DNA of 64,000 nucleotides from Candidatus Cryptobacteroides sp. GTDB taxonomy: Bacteria; Bacteroidota; Bacteroidia; Bacteroidales; UBA932. The stretch covers positions 15,044 through 79,043 of the forward strand of contig JAZRYB010000057.1 in assembly GCA_045600565.1 (NCBI GenBank), given 5' to 3'. Of the stretch, positions 20,066 through 28,812 are shown in pieces; position 1 is the first letter of the stretch, and every line of letters begins with the position of its first letter. Under the pieces are notes generated by a model, which ran no database searches, had not been told where the DNA came from, and saw only the letters and a list, made by a program, of their open reading frames with translations. Both the position numbers and the translations under genes were made by a program.

Positions 20066-20734
20066 ATGAAGGTGGTTATTAGCGGATATGGCAAAATGGG
20101 CCATATGGTCGAAAGTGTATTGAAAAATAAAGGCATAGAGTTGGCTATGGCCTCTGAGAACGTGTGTGAGATAGACAAGAGTCTGGCCTCGGAGTGTGTA
20201 TGCATTGATTTTACGACGCCAGAAGCGTTTCGGGCGAATTATAAGTTCTTGGCAGCCAACTTCAAAGCTGTTGTAGTAGGGACTACGGGGTGGAATGATA
20301 TCAAGGAGGATGTCATCGGAGAGTTCGAGAAAAACGGGACACCGATGATATATGCGTCCAACTTCTCAATCGGCGTCAACGCTTTTTTTGCAGGCGTCGA
20401 GCGTGTTTGTGAGGTGTTGAAGGGATATGGATATAATCCTTCCGTCACGGAGATTCATCATATCCATAAGCTTGATGCCCCAAGTGGGACGGCCAAGAGT
20501 GTCGGAGGAATAATCACAGATGTAATGGGTGTCGAACCGAAAATCGAATCCATCAGGGAGGGGGAGGTCCCCGGGACTCATATTGTGGAGCTCAGGAGCG
20601 AGTGCGACAGACTCGCTTTTACTCACGAAGCATTCTCCCGCCAGGGATTTGCCGAAGGCGCTGTTGCCGCGGCTCTTATGACGGAGAGCCTTTCAGGAGT
20701 CCATGAATTCAGAAATTTAATACTTGACAAATAG
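20066..20734 (+). CDS. dapB: 4-hydroxy-tetrahydrodipicolinate reductase
   Basis: GYGKMG, DFTTP, VGTTGW, ASNFSIG, EIHHIHKLDAPSGTA. Confidence 0.95.
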   Translation: MKVVISGYGKMGHMVESVLKNKGIELAMASENVCEIDKSLASECVCIDFTTPEAFRANYKFLAANFKAVVVGTTGWNDIKEDVIGEFEKNGTPMIYASNFSIGVNAFFAGVERVCEVLKGYGYNPSVTEIHHIHKLDAPSGTAKSVGGIITDVMGVEPKIESIREGEVPGTHIVELRSECDRLAFTHEAFSRQGFAEGAVAAALMTESLSGVHEFRNLILDK

Positions 20735-20743
20735 GACACATAT

Positions 20744-21628
20744 ATGAAATCTCTTTTTATTTCAGGTTGCGGTACTGCATTGGTCACGCCTTTTAAGAAG
20801 GGCGGATCAGTTGACTATGAGGCTTTCGCAAAATGTATAGACCGTCAGGTGGACGGAGGCGTTGATTTTCTTGTTCCGATTGCAACGACAGGAGAGGCCC
20901 CGACGCTGAATAATGAGGAAAAAATCAATTTAGTGCATGTTGCCAAAGAGCATTCCCAAGGTTTGCCTTTGCTTGTAGGCTGCGGCTCAAACTCTTATGA
21001 CGCAACTGTTGCAAACATCAGATTGCTCGAAAACGAGGGTGCCGATGCGTTTCTCGTTGTGGTACCATTTTACAACAAACCGACTCAAGAGGGTCAGTAT
21101 CAATATTTCAAGGCTGTTGCCGCTGCGACAGACAAGCCTGTTGTCATATATAATGTGCCGGGAAGGACCGGTGCCAATATGTCGGCCGACACTGCTTTGA
21201 AGCTTGCAAATGATTGTCCTAACATCATCGGCACGAAAGAGGCCTCCGGCAATTATTCTCAAGTCAGCGAGATTATCCGCAAGGCTCCCGAAGGGTTCGC
21301 CATTATCAGTGGAGATGATGATATGACTTTTGCCTTTATGGCAACAGGCGCTCACGGAGTAATCAGTGTGGCGTCCAATGCTGCTCCTGAGGAAGTCTCA
21401 GCAATGGTTCACGCATTGATGGCGGATGACATGGGAGAGGCTCGAAGGCTTTATCGCAGGCTGAGCCCTCTGTTCAGGAATTGCTTTGTGGAGAGCAGTC
21501 CTATTCCTATCAAGTCCGCTATGGCACAATTGGGCCTGCTGGAGAATGTTCTCAGACTGCCTCTTATTCCGTCTTCAGAGAAGACAGATGCCGTTATGGC
21601 GGAGACACTGAAGAATCTGTGGCAGTAG
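20744..21628 (+). CDS. dapA: 4-hydroxy-tetrahydrodipicolinate synthase
   Basis: TALVTPF, ATTGE, PFYNKP, YNVPGRT, KEASG, SGDD. Confidence 0.97.
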   Translation: MKSLFISGCGTALVTPFKKGGSVDYEAFAKCIDRQVDGGVDFLVPIATTGEAPTLNNEEKINLVHVAKEHSQGLPLLVGCGSNSYDATVANIRLLENEGADAFLVVVPFYNKPTQEGQYQYFKAVAAATDKPVVIYNVPGRTGANMSADTALKLANDCPNIIGTKEASGNYSQVSEIIRKAPEGFAIISGDDDMTFAFMATGAHGVISVASNAAPEEVSAMVHALMADDMGEARRLYRRLSPLFRNCFVESSPIPIKSAMAQLGLLENVLRLPLIPSSEKTDAVMAETLKNLWQ

Positions 21629-21637
21629 GCGGACAGA

Positions 21638-22954
21638 TTATTGCGTTTTCTCCCTTTGAATATGGGCACCGAGGGCATTCAGACGAAGGTCAATGTCCTC
21701 GTAGCCTCTGTCAATCTGTTCGATATTATCAATAGTTGATGTCCCTTTGGCAGACATTGCGGCAAGGAGCATAGCGATACCGGCTCTTATATCGGGCGAT
21801 GTCATACGTCCGGCACGGAGCTGTAATTTGTGGTCGTGCCCGATGACAACGGCCCTGTGAGGGTCGCACAGTATGATTTGTGCCCCCATATCAATCATCT
21901 TGTCAACAAAGAACAGTCTGCTCTCGAACATCTTCTGGTGTATCAGGACACTGCCTCTGCATTGTGTGGCCACGACAAGCAATACAGACAGGAGATCCGG
22001 GGTAAGTCCCGGCCAGGGCGCATCGGCAAGAGTCATTATTGATCCATCGAGGAAGGACTCGATTTCATAACTGTCCTGTGCGGGGATGAAGATATTTTCG
22101 CCCCGTCGCTCCAGATGGATGCCGAGACGGCGGAAGCAGTCCGGGATTATGCCGAGATTGGTGGGGGATACGTTTTTGATAGTGATTGAACTCTGATTGA
22201 TGGCGGCCATCCCTATGAAGCTTCCGACTTCAATCATATCGGGCAGGATTCTGTGATTTGCTCCGTGGAGCTCTTCAATACCGGTTATTGTAAGAAGGTT
22301 TGACCCTATGCCCTCAATCTGAGCACCCATCGCGAGGAGCATCCTGCAAAGTTGCTGGATGTAAGGCTCACAGGCGGCATTGTAAATGGTGGTTTTCCCT
22401 TCTGCGAGAACGGCGGCCATTACGATGTTGGCGGTCCCGGTGACGGACGCCTCGTCGAGGAGCATATACGTGCCTTTCAATCTCCCTTTTGAAACGAGAT
22501 GAAATGCCTGTTTATCATTGTTGTAGGAGAGATCGGCTCCAAGGTGTCTGAAGCCTTCCAGATGGGTGTCCACCCTGCGACGACCGATTTTGTCGCCCCC
22601 CGGCTTTGGGAAATATGAGCTGTGGAAGCGTGCGAGCAAAGGCCCGACTACCATAACGGAGCCTCTCAAAGCCGAACACCTGCTGACAAAGGCTTCACTT
22701 TCAATATATTCTTGATTGATATCATTAGCGCAAAATGTGTAGCATCCTTTTTCCTGACAGGTCACTTTGACTCCCATATCCTTGAGCAGGGAGATGAGAT
22801 TCCGGACATCCAGAATCTCCGGGATGTTAGAGATTGTCACTTCTTTGTCAGTCAGAAGTACTGCACTGATGACTTCCAGAGCCTCATTTTTGGCTCCCTG
22901 AGGCGTTATCTCACCGCTAAGGCGGTGTCCTCCTTCAATAATGAAACTGCTCAT
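21638..22954 (-). CDS. murA: UDP-N-acetylglucosamine 1-carboxyvinyltransferase
   Basis: GAKN, PGGDKIGRR..DTH, SVTGTAN, PDMIE, DIRAG, IDRGYE. Confidence 0.96.
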   Translation of the reverse strand: MSSFIIEGGHRLSGEITPQGAKNEALEVISAVLLTDKEVTISNIPEILDVRNLISLLKDMGVKVTCQEKGCYTFCANDINQEYIESEAFVSRCSALRGSVMVVGPLLARFHSSYFPKPGGDKIGRRRVDTHLEGFRHLGADLSYNNDKQAFHLVSKGRLKGTYMLLDEASVTGTANIVMAAVLAEGKTTIYNAACEPYIQQLCRMLLAMGAQIEGIGSNLLTITGIEELHGANHRILPDMIEVGSFIGMAAINQSSITIKNVSPTNLGIIPDCFRRLGIHLERRGENIFIPAQDSYEIESFLDGSIMTLADAPWPGLTPDLLSVLLVVATQCRGSVLIHQKMFESRLFFVDKMIDMGAQIILCDPHRAVVIGHDHKLQLRAGRMTSPDIRAGIAMLLAAMSAKGTSTIDNIEQIDRGYEDIDLRLNALGAHIQREKTQ

Positions 22955-23021
22955 ATTCCGTGCAAGTTACAAATAATCCCAACAATGGCAAAGAGGTCTA
23001 TGCTATTCAGAGAAATTAATT

Positions 23022-23040
23022 ATTTCAAAACAGGTTCTAA
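23022..23040. repeat. 19-bp repeat ATTTCAAAACAGGTTCTAA overlapping the thrC stop codon (IS-end-like)
   Basis: Identical to 25260-25278; 16-bp core shared with 4931-4946 (one mismatch). Confidence 0.85.
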
Positions 23041-24326
23041 CAGCAGGGGAGATTTTTCACCAGTTCGTCAAGACTGTTGTCTATGGTGATGCATTCCCTC
23101 TTTTTCTTGAGGATTTCCTCCAGCTTTTCCGGCAGGTCCGGATACTTCCCGAGAGCCCTGTGTATGACTTCTCCGAATTTTGCGCAATGTGCAGTGGCGA
23201 GATAGAATCCTTCGGCGTCGCTGTCCCTCGCCGCGAGAAAAGCTGTGGCGGCGTGAGGGTCGGAAATGAAGCCGAACAGGTCATTGATCTGTTTTATCCC
23301 GTTGATTATCTGCTCATCAGAATATGAGAACCCCACGACATTCCTTATCAGGTTTTCATAATTCCCATACAGAGCCATCATTCTTTCATAATTGCTTGGC
23401 GCTCCGACATCCATCGCGTTTGCGACGGTTCTCACAGAAGGTCTAGGGCGGTATTCTCCGCTCTTGAGAAATTCCGGAATGACCGAATTGGCGTTGGAGG
23501 CGGCGATGAATCTGCGCACCGGGAGTCCCATAGCCGCCGCGAGCATTCCCGCTGTGATGTTCCCATAGTTGCCGCTTGGAACCACGATGTCGGGCTCACC
23601 TTTCCCTCCGTTGCCCACCCATTGTGCCCAGGCGAAGAAATAATAGAAGGATTGGGGTATCCAGCGCAGGATGTTAATCGAATTGGCGGATGTGATATTA
23701 TGAGACTTGCGCAACTCTTTGTCGTTGAATGCGGCCTTGACCAGAGCCTGACAATCATCAAAGCAGCCTCTCACGCGCATAGGGTGAATATTGTGACCGA
23801 GAGTTGTCATCTGGCTTTCCTGCAGGGGACTGACTTGCCCTTCGGGGAAGAGCACAACCACATCAATGCCGGGAACATCGAAGAATCCGGCGGCAACAGC
23901 ACTGCCGGTATCGCCTGAGGTGGCGGTGAGCACTGTCAGAGCCTCCCTGCCGTCATTCAACAGCCCCAGCATAGCTCCCATAAATCTCGCTCCGAAATCC
24001 TTGAATGCGAAGGTCGGACCGTGGAACAACTCCAGCACTGAAAGCTTGTTGCCCAGTTGTCGCAAAGGGCAGGAGAAATCATAGGCGCGTTTTATTGCAG
24101 CGTGCATGGCTTCGGCCGGAACGTCCCCGGCGAAGAAGAGATCCGCAAGGTAGCAGGCCAGATCCGCATAGGAAAGAGCCGCCAGACGTTTCACCTCATT
24201 CAGGTCAACGGACGGAACGAATTCGGGCATGAACAGGCCTCCGTCAGGGGCGAGTCCGGCAAAAGCGGCCTCTTTGAGAGAATAATCCGCGCGATGAAGC
24301 GCATCTCGCGTGCTATAGTATTTCAT
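23037..24326 (-). CDS. thrC: Threonine synthase
   Basis: GLAPDGGLF, ELFHGPTFAFKDFG, ATSGDTGSA, NSINILR, PSGNYGN. Confidence 0.97.
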   Translation of the reverse strand: MKYYSTRDALHRADYSLKEAAFAGLAPDGGLFMPEFVPSVDLNEVKRLAALSYADLACYLADLFFAGDVPAEAMHAAIKRAYDFSCPLRQLGNKLSVLELFHGPTFAFKDFGARFMGAMLGLLNDGREALTVLTATSGDTGSAVAAGFFDVPGIDVVVLFPEGQVSPLQESQMTTLGHNIHPMRVRGCFDDCQALVKAAFNDKELRKSHNITSANSINILRWIPQSFYYFFAWAQWVGNGGKGEPDIVVPSGNYGNITAGMLAAAMGLPVRRFIAASNANSVIPEFLKSGEYRPRPSVRTVANAMDVGAPSNYERMMALYGNYENLIRNVVGFSYSDEQIINGIKQINDLFGFISDPHAATAFLAARDSDAEGFYLATAHCAKFGEVIHRALGKYPDLPEKLEEILKKKRECITIDNSLDELVKNLPCC

Positions 24327-25261
24327 AATGTTATTCCGGTAAGTTTTGCTCCTTTATTTGACACTTTGACCACATAGACCTCACAATTGACATTGTGTGA
24401 AGTGAAATGATCTTTCATAATCTTGCCTGCGGCTTCGGCCCGGCTCCGGTGGTCGCAAAGGGCGAACATTGAAGGCCCGGAACCGGATATGTTGGCTGCC
24501 AGAGCACCGCTCGACATAATCTTTTCTCGCAGTTCATCAAATCCCGGGATGAACTGTTTGCGGTACGGCTCAGCCACATAATCTTGCATAGAGCGTCCCA
24601 CAAGCCCGATGTTCCCGGAATAAAGACCGGCTATGAGACCTCCCACGTTTCCCCATTGACGCACGGCGTCGTGCATAGGGACCTTGTGCGGCAGAATCTC
24701 ACGGGCTTCCTTTGTCGAGACCATCAGATGTGGGTGAACCACAGCACAATAGAAATTGCCCGGGACGGGGAGTTGGATCAAATCCAAAGGCTCATAACCC
24801 CTGATAAGCACGATACCGCCCATAACGGCCGGAGCCGCATTGTCGGCGTGATATCCGCCGCTTGCGAGATTCTCTCCCTCCATAGCGCACATAACGACCT
24901 CTTCTTCACTCAGCGGGCAGCCGTACAATTCGTTCATTCCGAATGCGGCCGCGGCGGAGGATGCGGCACTGGACCCTATGCCCGAGCCGGGATAAATCTT
25001 TTCACATATGGTGACGTCAATCTGTGCCTTCTGACCTATTCTCTTCAGAAAGGAACGGATGACAGGTGTGATGACATTCTTTTCGGGGTCTTCGGGGAGG
25101 GGAACTCCACTCTCATTCGTGATGGAAAGACCGTCACCGGGACTTTGTGTGATTTCAATGATGTCTCCCACTTCGTCAAGGGCCAGTCCGATGACATCAA
25201 ATCCGCATCCCATATTGGCAATGGATGCCGGAGCAAACACTCTAACTTTTTTCATAATCAT
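24323..25261 (-). CDS. thrB: Homoserine kinase (GHMP type)
   Basis: APASIANMGCGFD, PGSGIGSSAAS, HADNAAP, ISGSGP; alternative start at 25255. Confidence 0.95.
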   Translation of the reverse strand: MIMKKVRVFAPASIANMGCGFDVIGLALDEVGDIIEITQSPGDGLSITNESGVPLPEDPEKNVITPVIRSFLKRIGQKAQIDVTICEKIYPGSGIGSSAASSAAAAFGMNELYGCPLSEEEVVMCAMEGENLASGGYHADNAAPAVMGGIVLIRGYEPLDLIQLPVPGNFYCAVVHPHLMVSTKEAREILPHKVPMHDAVRQWGNVGGLIAGLYSGNIGLVGRSMQDYVAEPYRKQFIPGFDELREKIMSSGALAANISGSGPSMFALCDHRSRAEAAGKIMKDHFTSHNVNCEVYVVKVSNKGAKLTGITL

Positions 25262-25278
25262 TTCAAAACAGGTTCTAA
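25260..25278. repeat. 19-bp repeat ATTTCAAAACAGGTTCTAA between the attenuator terminator and thrB start
   Basis: Identical to 23022-23040. Confidence 0.85.
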
Positions 25279-25315
25279 AAAGAAGCCTGCCGGATTGTCT
25301 CTCTGGCAGGCTTCT
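25277..25315 (-). terminator. Attenuator terminator of the thr leader
   Basis: Perfect 11-bp stem AGAAGCCTGCC/GGCAGGCTTCT with a U5 tract on the minus strand. Confidence 0.88.
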
Positions 25316-25339
25316 GAATTATCGGTTTGTCGGGCACCG

Positions 25340-25405
25340 CTAACAACCTGGCCAGATGAAAATCTGTCCGGTGGTGGTAGTGGTGGTGGTTGTTCTTACG
25401 GTCAT
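25340..25405 (-). CDS. Thr operon leader peptide MTVRTTTTTTTTGQIFIWPGC (thrL-like; not in ORF track)
   Basis: 21 codons with 9 Thr, 8 of them consecutive, directly upstream of a terminator and thrBC. Confidence 0.9.
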   Translation of the reverse strand: MTVRTTTTTTTTGQIFIWPGC

Positions 25406-25414
25406 AACTGTCGA

Positions 25415-25422
25415 CTAAGGTA
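25415..25422 (-). promoter_or_regulatory. Variant -7 element TACCTTAG, 9 nt before the leader ATG
   Basis: One mismatch to TAnnTTTG in the only intergenic space available. Confidence 0.5.
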
Positions 25423-25446
25423 AGAAACGAATATCAAAAAACAAAA

Positions 25447-26649
25447 TTAATCTGCAGAAAAAGCGACTCTTTTGTATTCTATCCACCCGGCTATGTAGCA
25501 AAGAATGCAATAGATACCGGTCTGTATGGCAAGTCCCAGCAGGAGGTCTGACACCTCGTTGAGGCTGCAACCTGCTGTATTGAGATTGATGAATGCAGGG
25601 CAGGCGAATGATGTCGGGAAAATGAAAGAGAACAGCCTCCAGAATTTCGGGAATGCCGTCACAGGCCAGGAAAAACCTGTCAGGAACATCACTATCGGGG
25701 AGATGAACAGCAGAGTCACGAGCACCGTCTCCCTTCTCTTGAAGAATGAACTCCAGAATGTGGCGAAGAAGACGCAGGAGGTCACATAGAGCAAAAGCAG
25801 AATGATAATGTCCAAGAAATCACCCCGTTGTGGGAATTTGAACAGTGCCGGGACTATGCAGGCGATGTAGATTCCGATAATCAGGAACATCAGCCAATAT
25901 GCGATGCCTCTGCCGAAAATAATTCTCCCGATACCTCGGTGGCCTTCTTTTGCATAGAGCCTGAAATAAGACGCCCCCTCTTCTCTTGAGGTCCCGGTTC
26001 TCAGAATCAATCCATAAAACAGCACTTGCTGAATTATGAGCAGAAGGGCCGCTGATAAGAAGAAGATTGTGTAGGAGAATGTTCTGTTGTAGGGATTGTT
26101 CTCTTCATACGGGATGGCCTCAATCAATTGAGAAATCTCCTGCCCTGACATTCCTGCGGCGCTGTATCTCTCAATCTTAATCTGCTTCATCTCATCCAAC
26201 ATTACAAAATGGGTCCCCATCATCAGGTTTTTGTAATAAAGGAAACTGCTCATATCCGCATAGATGGACAGCGTGGCGACTTTACCTTCAACTATGTTGC
26301 GCCCGAAGTCTTCCGGAAAATAAATCACACCGTTCACTTCCCCTTTGCGCATCAGGTCTTGGGCTTGGGCCATATCCTGACATTTCTTGGACACACTCAA
26401 TTCTCTGGTCGCATCCACTTTCCTGATATAGCATCGGCTTTCCATAGAATGGGAGCAATCCACGACGGCAATCGGGGTGTCTTCAAGAATCCCGTTGTGA
26501 TAAATGCAGTTGTATAGTAAAGGGTATCCGAGTCCTGCCGCAAGGAAGATAATCATCACACCATCATCGTGCAGCAGCCTTCTGACTTCCTCATAGAACA
26601 CTGAGAAAGCCACGTGGAACCAGTTTTCAATTCTTTTCATAAATATCAA
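25447..26649 (-). CDS. ABC-2-type exporter permease
   Basis: N-terminal TM, IAVVD...S..SR periplasmic domain, NPYN, five C-terminal TMs, FLTGFSWP. Confidence 0.85.
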   Translation of the reverse strand: MIFMKRIENWFHVAFSVFYEEVRRLLHDDGVMIIFLAAGLGYPLLYNCIYHNGILEDTPIAVVDCSHSMESRCYIRKVDATRELSVSKKCQDMAQAQDLMRKGEVNGVIYFPEDFGRNIVEGKVATLSIYADMSSFLYYKNLMMGTHFVMLDEMKQIKIERYSAAGMSGQEISQLIEAIPYEENNPYNRTFSYTIFFLSAALLLIIQQVLFYGLILRTGTSREEGASYFRLYAKEGHRGIGRIIFGRGIAYWLMFLIIGIYIACIVPALFKFPQRGDFLDIIILLLLYVTSCVFFATFWSSFFKRRETVLVTLLFISPIVMFLTGFSWPVTAFPKFWRLFSFIFPTSFACPAFINLNTAGCSLNEVSDLLLGLAIQTGIYCILCYIAGWIEYKRVAFSAD

Positions 26650-27812
26650 TTAATCGGACAATCCTGATTGATGTATGCTTTTTTCAGTTTAGGTAGGAAG
26701 ATAATCGGCAATATGAGAAATCCCAACATCTGGATGACCTCGGGCCACCAACTTCCGAAGCCGTTTCCGAACAAAGAGACCTCCTTTTCTATCAGGAAGT
26801 AATGTCGGAGCGGAAAAATAAAAGCAAACCCCCTGATGGAACTCGGCATGGCTTCTACCGGGAGGGTGAATCCCGTGAAACTCAAGGCCAGCACGCTGAA
26901 GATTGCTCCGATGCTCAGGGCGAAGCGGCAAGTCGGGACGAGTTCGATGAACAGCAGCGCGGAGGCCTCGCTGGCAATCACAAGCAGAAACATATCCAGC
27001 AACATAGCCGTGAACGAGCCGTTCATCGGGAACTTCATCACCCCATACAGCAGCAATTCAACCAGAAAGCCAATCAGAGTGAAGAACAAAGTATAGACTA
27101 TGAGTTTTCCGCCTACAGCTGTGGATATAGAATCCCCCGACACCGTCAGGAGCTCGCGCGAGGTCTTGTATTTCAACTCTGTACCCAGAGAATAGACAAG
27201 AATCAGGACAATGACCATCGCAAGAGTCCCCGGGAGCATCTTGGTGGAGAGACAAGCATTGTAGCTTGTGAGAGGATTGCCGATTTTGTGGAGATCGATG
27301 TTCACCGGTCTCAACATACCTTGCATTTGCTGAGGAGGAATACCCTTTGCTTCGAGTACTTGCTTCTGGACGGCGCCGGAGGTCAGATAAATCATAGTCA
27401 ACAAATTCTGGTATGACAGAGCTCCTCCGACGAAATACAGACCATTTATGTAAATGGTGATTTTGGGCTGTCTGTTGGCCTGCAGGTCATCATTGAATCC
27501 TTGCGGGATGTGACATATTGAAGTTATCTTTCCCTTTTGCATTTCCGACCTCGCTTCGGAATAGGTGCTGAATCGGACCACCTCGCCAAGCTGTGTTGCG
27601 TCCAGTTGGGAGGTGAAGTTTCTGGAAAGAGAAGAATTGTCTTCGTCCACGATGCCTATCGGAAGTCCGTGCGGTAGCCCGTCGCCAAGAAAGGTCAGGT
27701 AAAAGAGGGAGCAGAATGCCATTATCGCCAAGGGTGCGACATAATAGACAGGACGTTTCCTCCAGATTCGCAGTTCCCTCAAGATTACATTCTTTATATT
27801 GAGGACAGTCAT
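26646..27812 (-). CDS. ABC-2-type exporter permease
   Basis: IGIVDEDNSSLSR, GNP..SY, FTGFTLP. Confidence 0.85.
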   Translation of the reverse strand: MTVLNIKNVILRELRIWRKRPVYYVAPLAIMAFCSLFYLTFLGDGLPHGLPIGIVDEDNSSLSRNFTSQLDATQLGEVVRFSTYSEARSEMQKGKITSICHIPQGFNDDLQANRQPKITIYINGLYFVGGALSYQNLLTMIYLTSGAVQKQVLEAKGIPPQQMQGMLRPVNIDLHKIGNPLTSYNACLSTKMLPGTLAMVIVLILVYSLGTELKYKTSRELLTVSGDSISTAVGGKLIVYTLFFTLIGFLVELLLYGVMKFPMNGSFTAMLLDMFLLVIASEASALLFIELVPTCRFALSIGAIFSVLALSFTGFTLPVEAMPSSIRGFAFIFPLRHYFLIEKEVSLFGNGFGSWWPEVIQMLGFLILPIIFLPKLKKAYINQDCPIN

Positions 27813-27819
27813 AATATCA

Positions 27820-28797
27820 TTATTTGAGGAGAGCGGTCATTCCGGGAATCAATCCTTCCACAGCTGAGTCGGGGATGGCGCGGATTTCAAAAGTCTTGGC
27901 ATCGAATTGACCGATTTCCTTTGTGGCTTTCCAAGTTGCATAGGAGTCTCTGGCCGTGAGGTAATTGATTGTGGCCCGGACAGTTTTCCCGTCGAGAGCG
28001 GGGATTTCAACGGTCAGGACATCACCGATTTTCATACTGTGGAGATAATCTTCGCGCACATTGAATGTAAACCAGATATCCGACAAGTCGGTAACTGTCA
28101 TAACAGGTGCGCCCTGGCCGACAAGTTCTCCGACTTTCGGGTAAATGGCGGAGATGAGCCCGTCTGCGGGTGCGGTCAGATATAGTTCATCAAGATAGCC
28201 CTGAACCTCCATCAGCGCGCCTTCTGCCTGGTGGACAAGGGCGAGCGCCGCCGCTTTGTCTTCTTCTCTCGCACCGTTTGCAGCCATATCATATTGACTT
28301 TTTGCTGCAAGTTCCTGAGCCGCCGCCGCATCATATTTGGCCTGGACTTCATCGAATTTCTGGGATGAAATCACTTTCTCATCATAAAGGCGACGCATCC
28401 TGTCAAGCGATTTTTTCAGGACATCTTTCTGGACGATTGCTGTCTGCCATACCTGATAGGCTCCGGCTATCTGCTCCTGACGGGCTCCGTTCGAAGCCTT
28501 GAGTCTTTGAGCCTCCGCCGCATCCTTGGCGGCATTCACCTGCGCAAGCTTTGCCCTGACCTCAGGAGAATCAATCAAGACGAGAGTGTCTCCCTTGTGG
28601 ACATAAGACCCTTCGCGCACATATAGTTCTTCAATACGGCCGGGGACTTTACCCGATACCCTGAATTCGGAGGCTTCAGCTTCCCCTTGAATGACTATTG
28701 GTTTCGGACGTGAAACAAAATATCCTACGATACCGACGATGGCCAGAATTACAATCAGGGCGGCCAGCCCACCCGCCAATTTGCGATAACTTTCCAT
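27820..28797 (-). CDS. HlyD-family periplasmic adaptor
   Basis: TM anchor, SGKVPGRIEELYVREG lipoyl half, coiled coil, APADG.IS, PGMTA. Confidence 0.92.
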   Translation of the reverse strand: MESYRKLAGGLAALIVILAIVGIVGYFVSRPKPIVIQGEAEASEFRVSGKVPGRIEELYVREGSYVHKGDTLVLIDSPEVRAKLAQVNAAKDAAEAQRLKASNGARQEQIAGAYQVWQTAIVQKDVLKKSLDRMRRLYDEKVISSQKFDEVQAKYDAAAAQELAAKSQYDMAANGAREEDKAAALALVHQAEGALMEVQGYLDELYLTAPADGLISAIYPKVGELVGQGAPVMTVTDLSDIWFTFNVREDYLHSMKIGDVLTVEIPALDGKTVRATINYLTARDSYATWKATKEIGQFDAKTFEIRAIPDSAVEGLIPGMTALLK

Positions 28798-28812
28798 ATT
28801 GACAATTATTTT

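Noticed and set aside
25370-25393. (GGT)n microsatellite as a contingency locus
   Set aside because: It is the Thr codon run of the leader peptide and is interrupted by ACT and ACA codons
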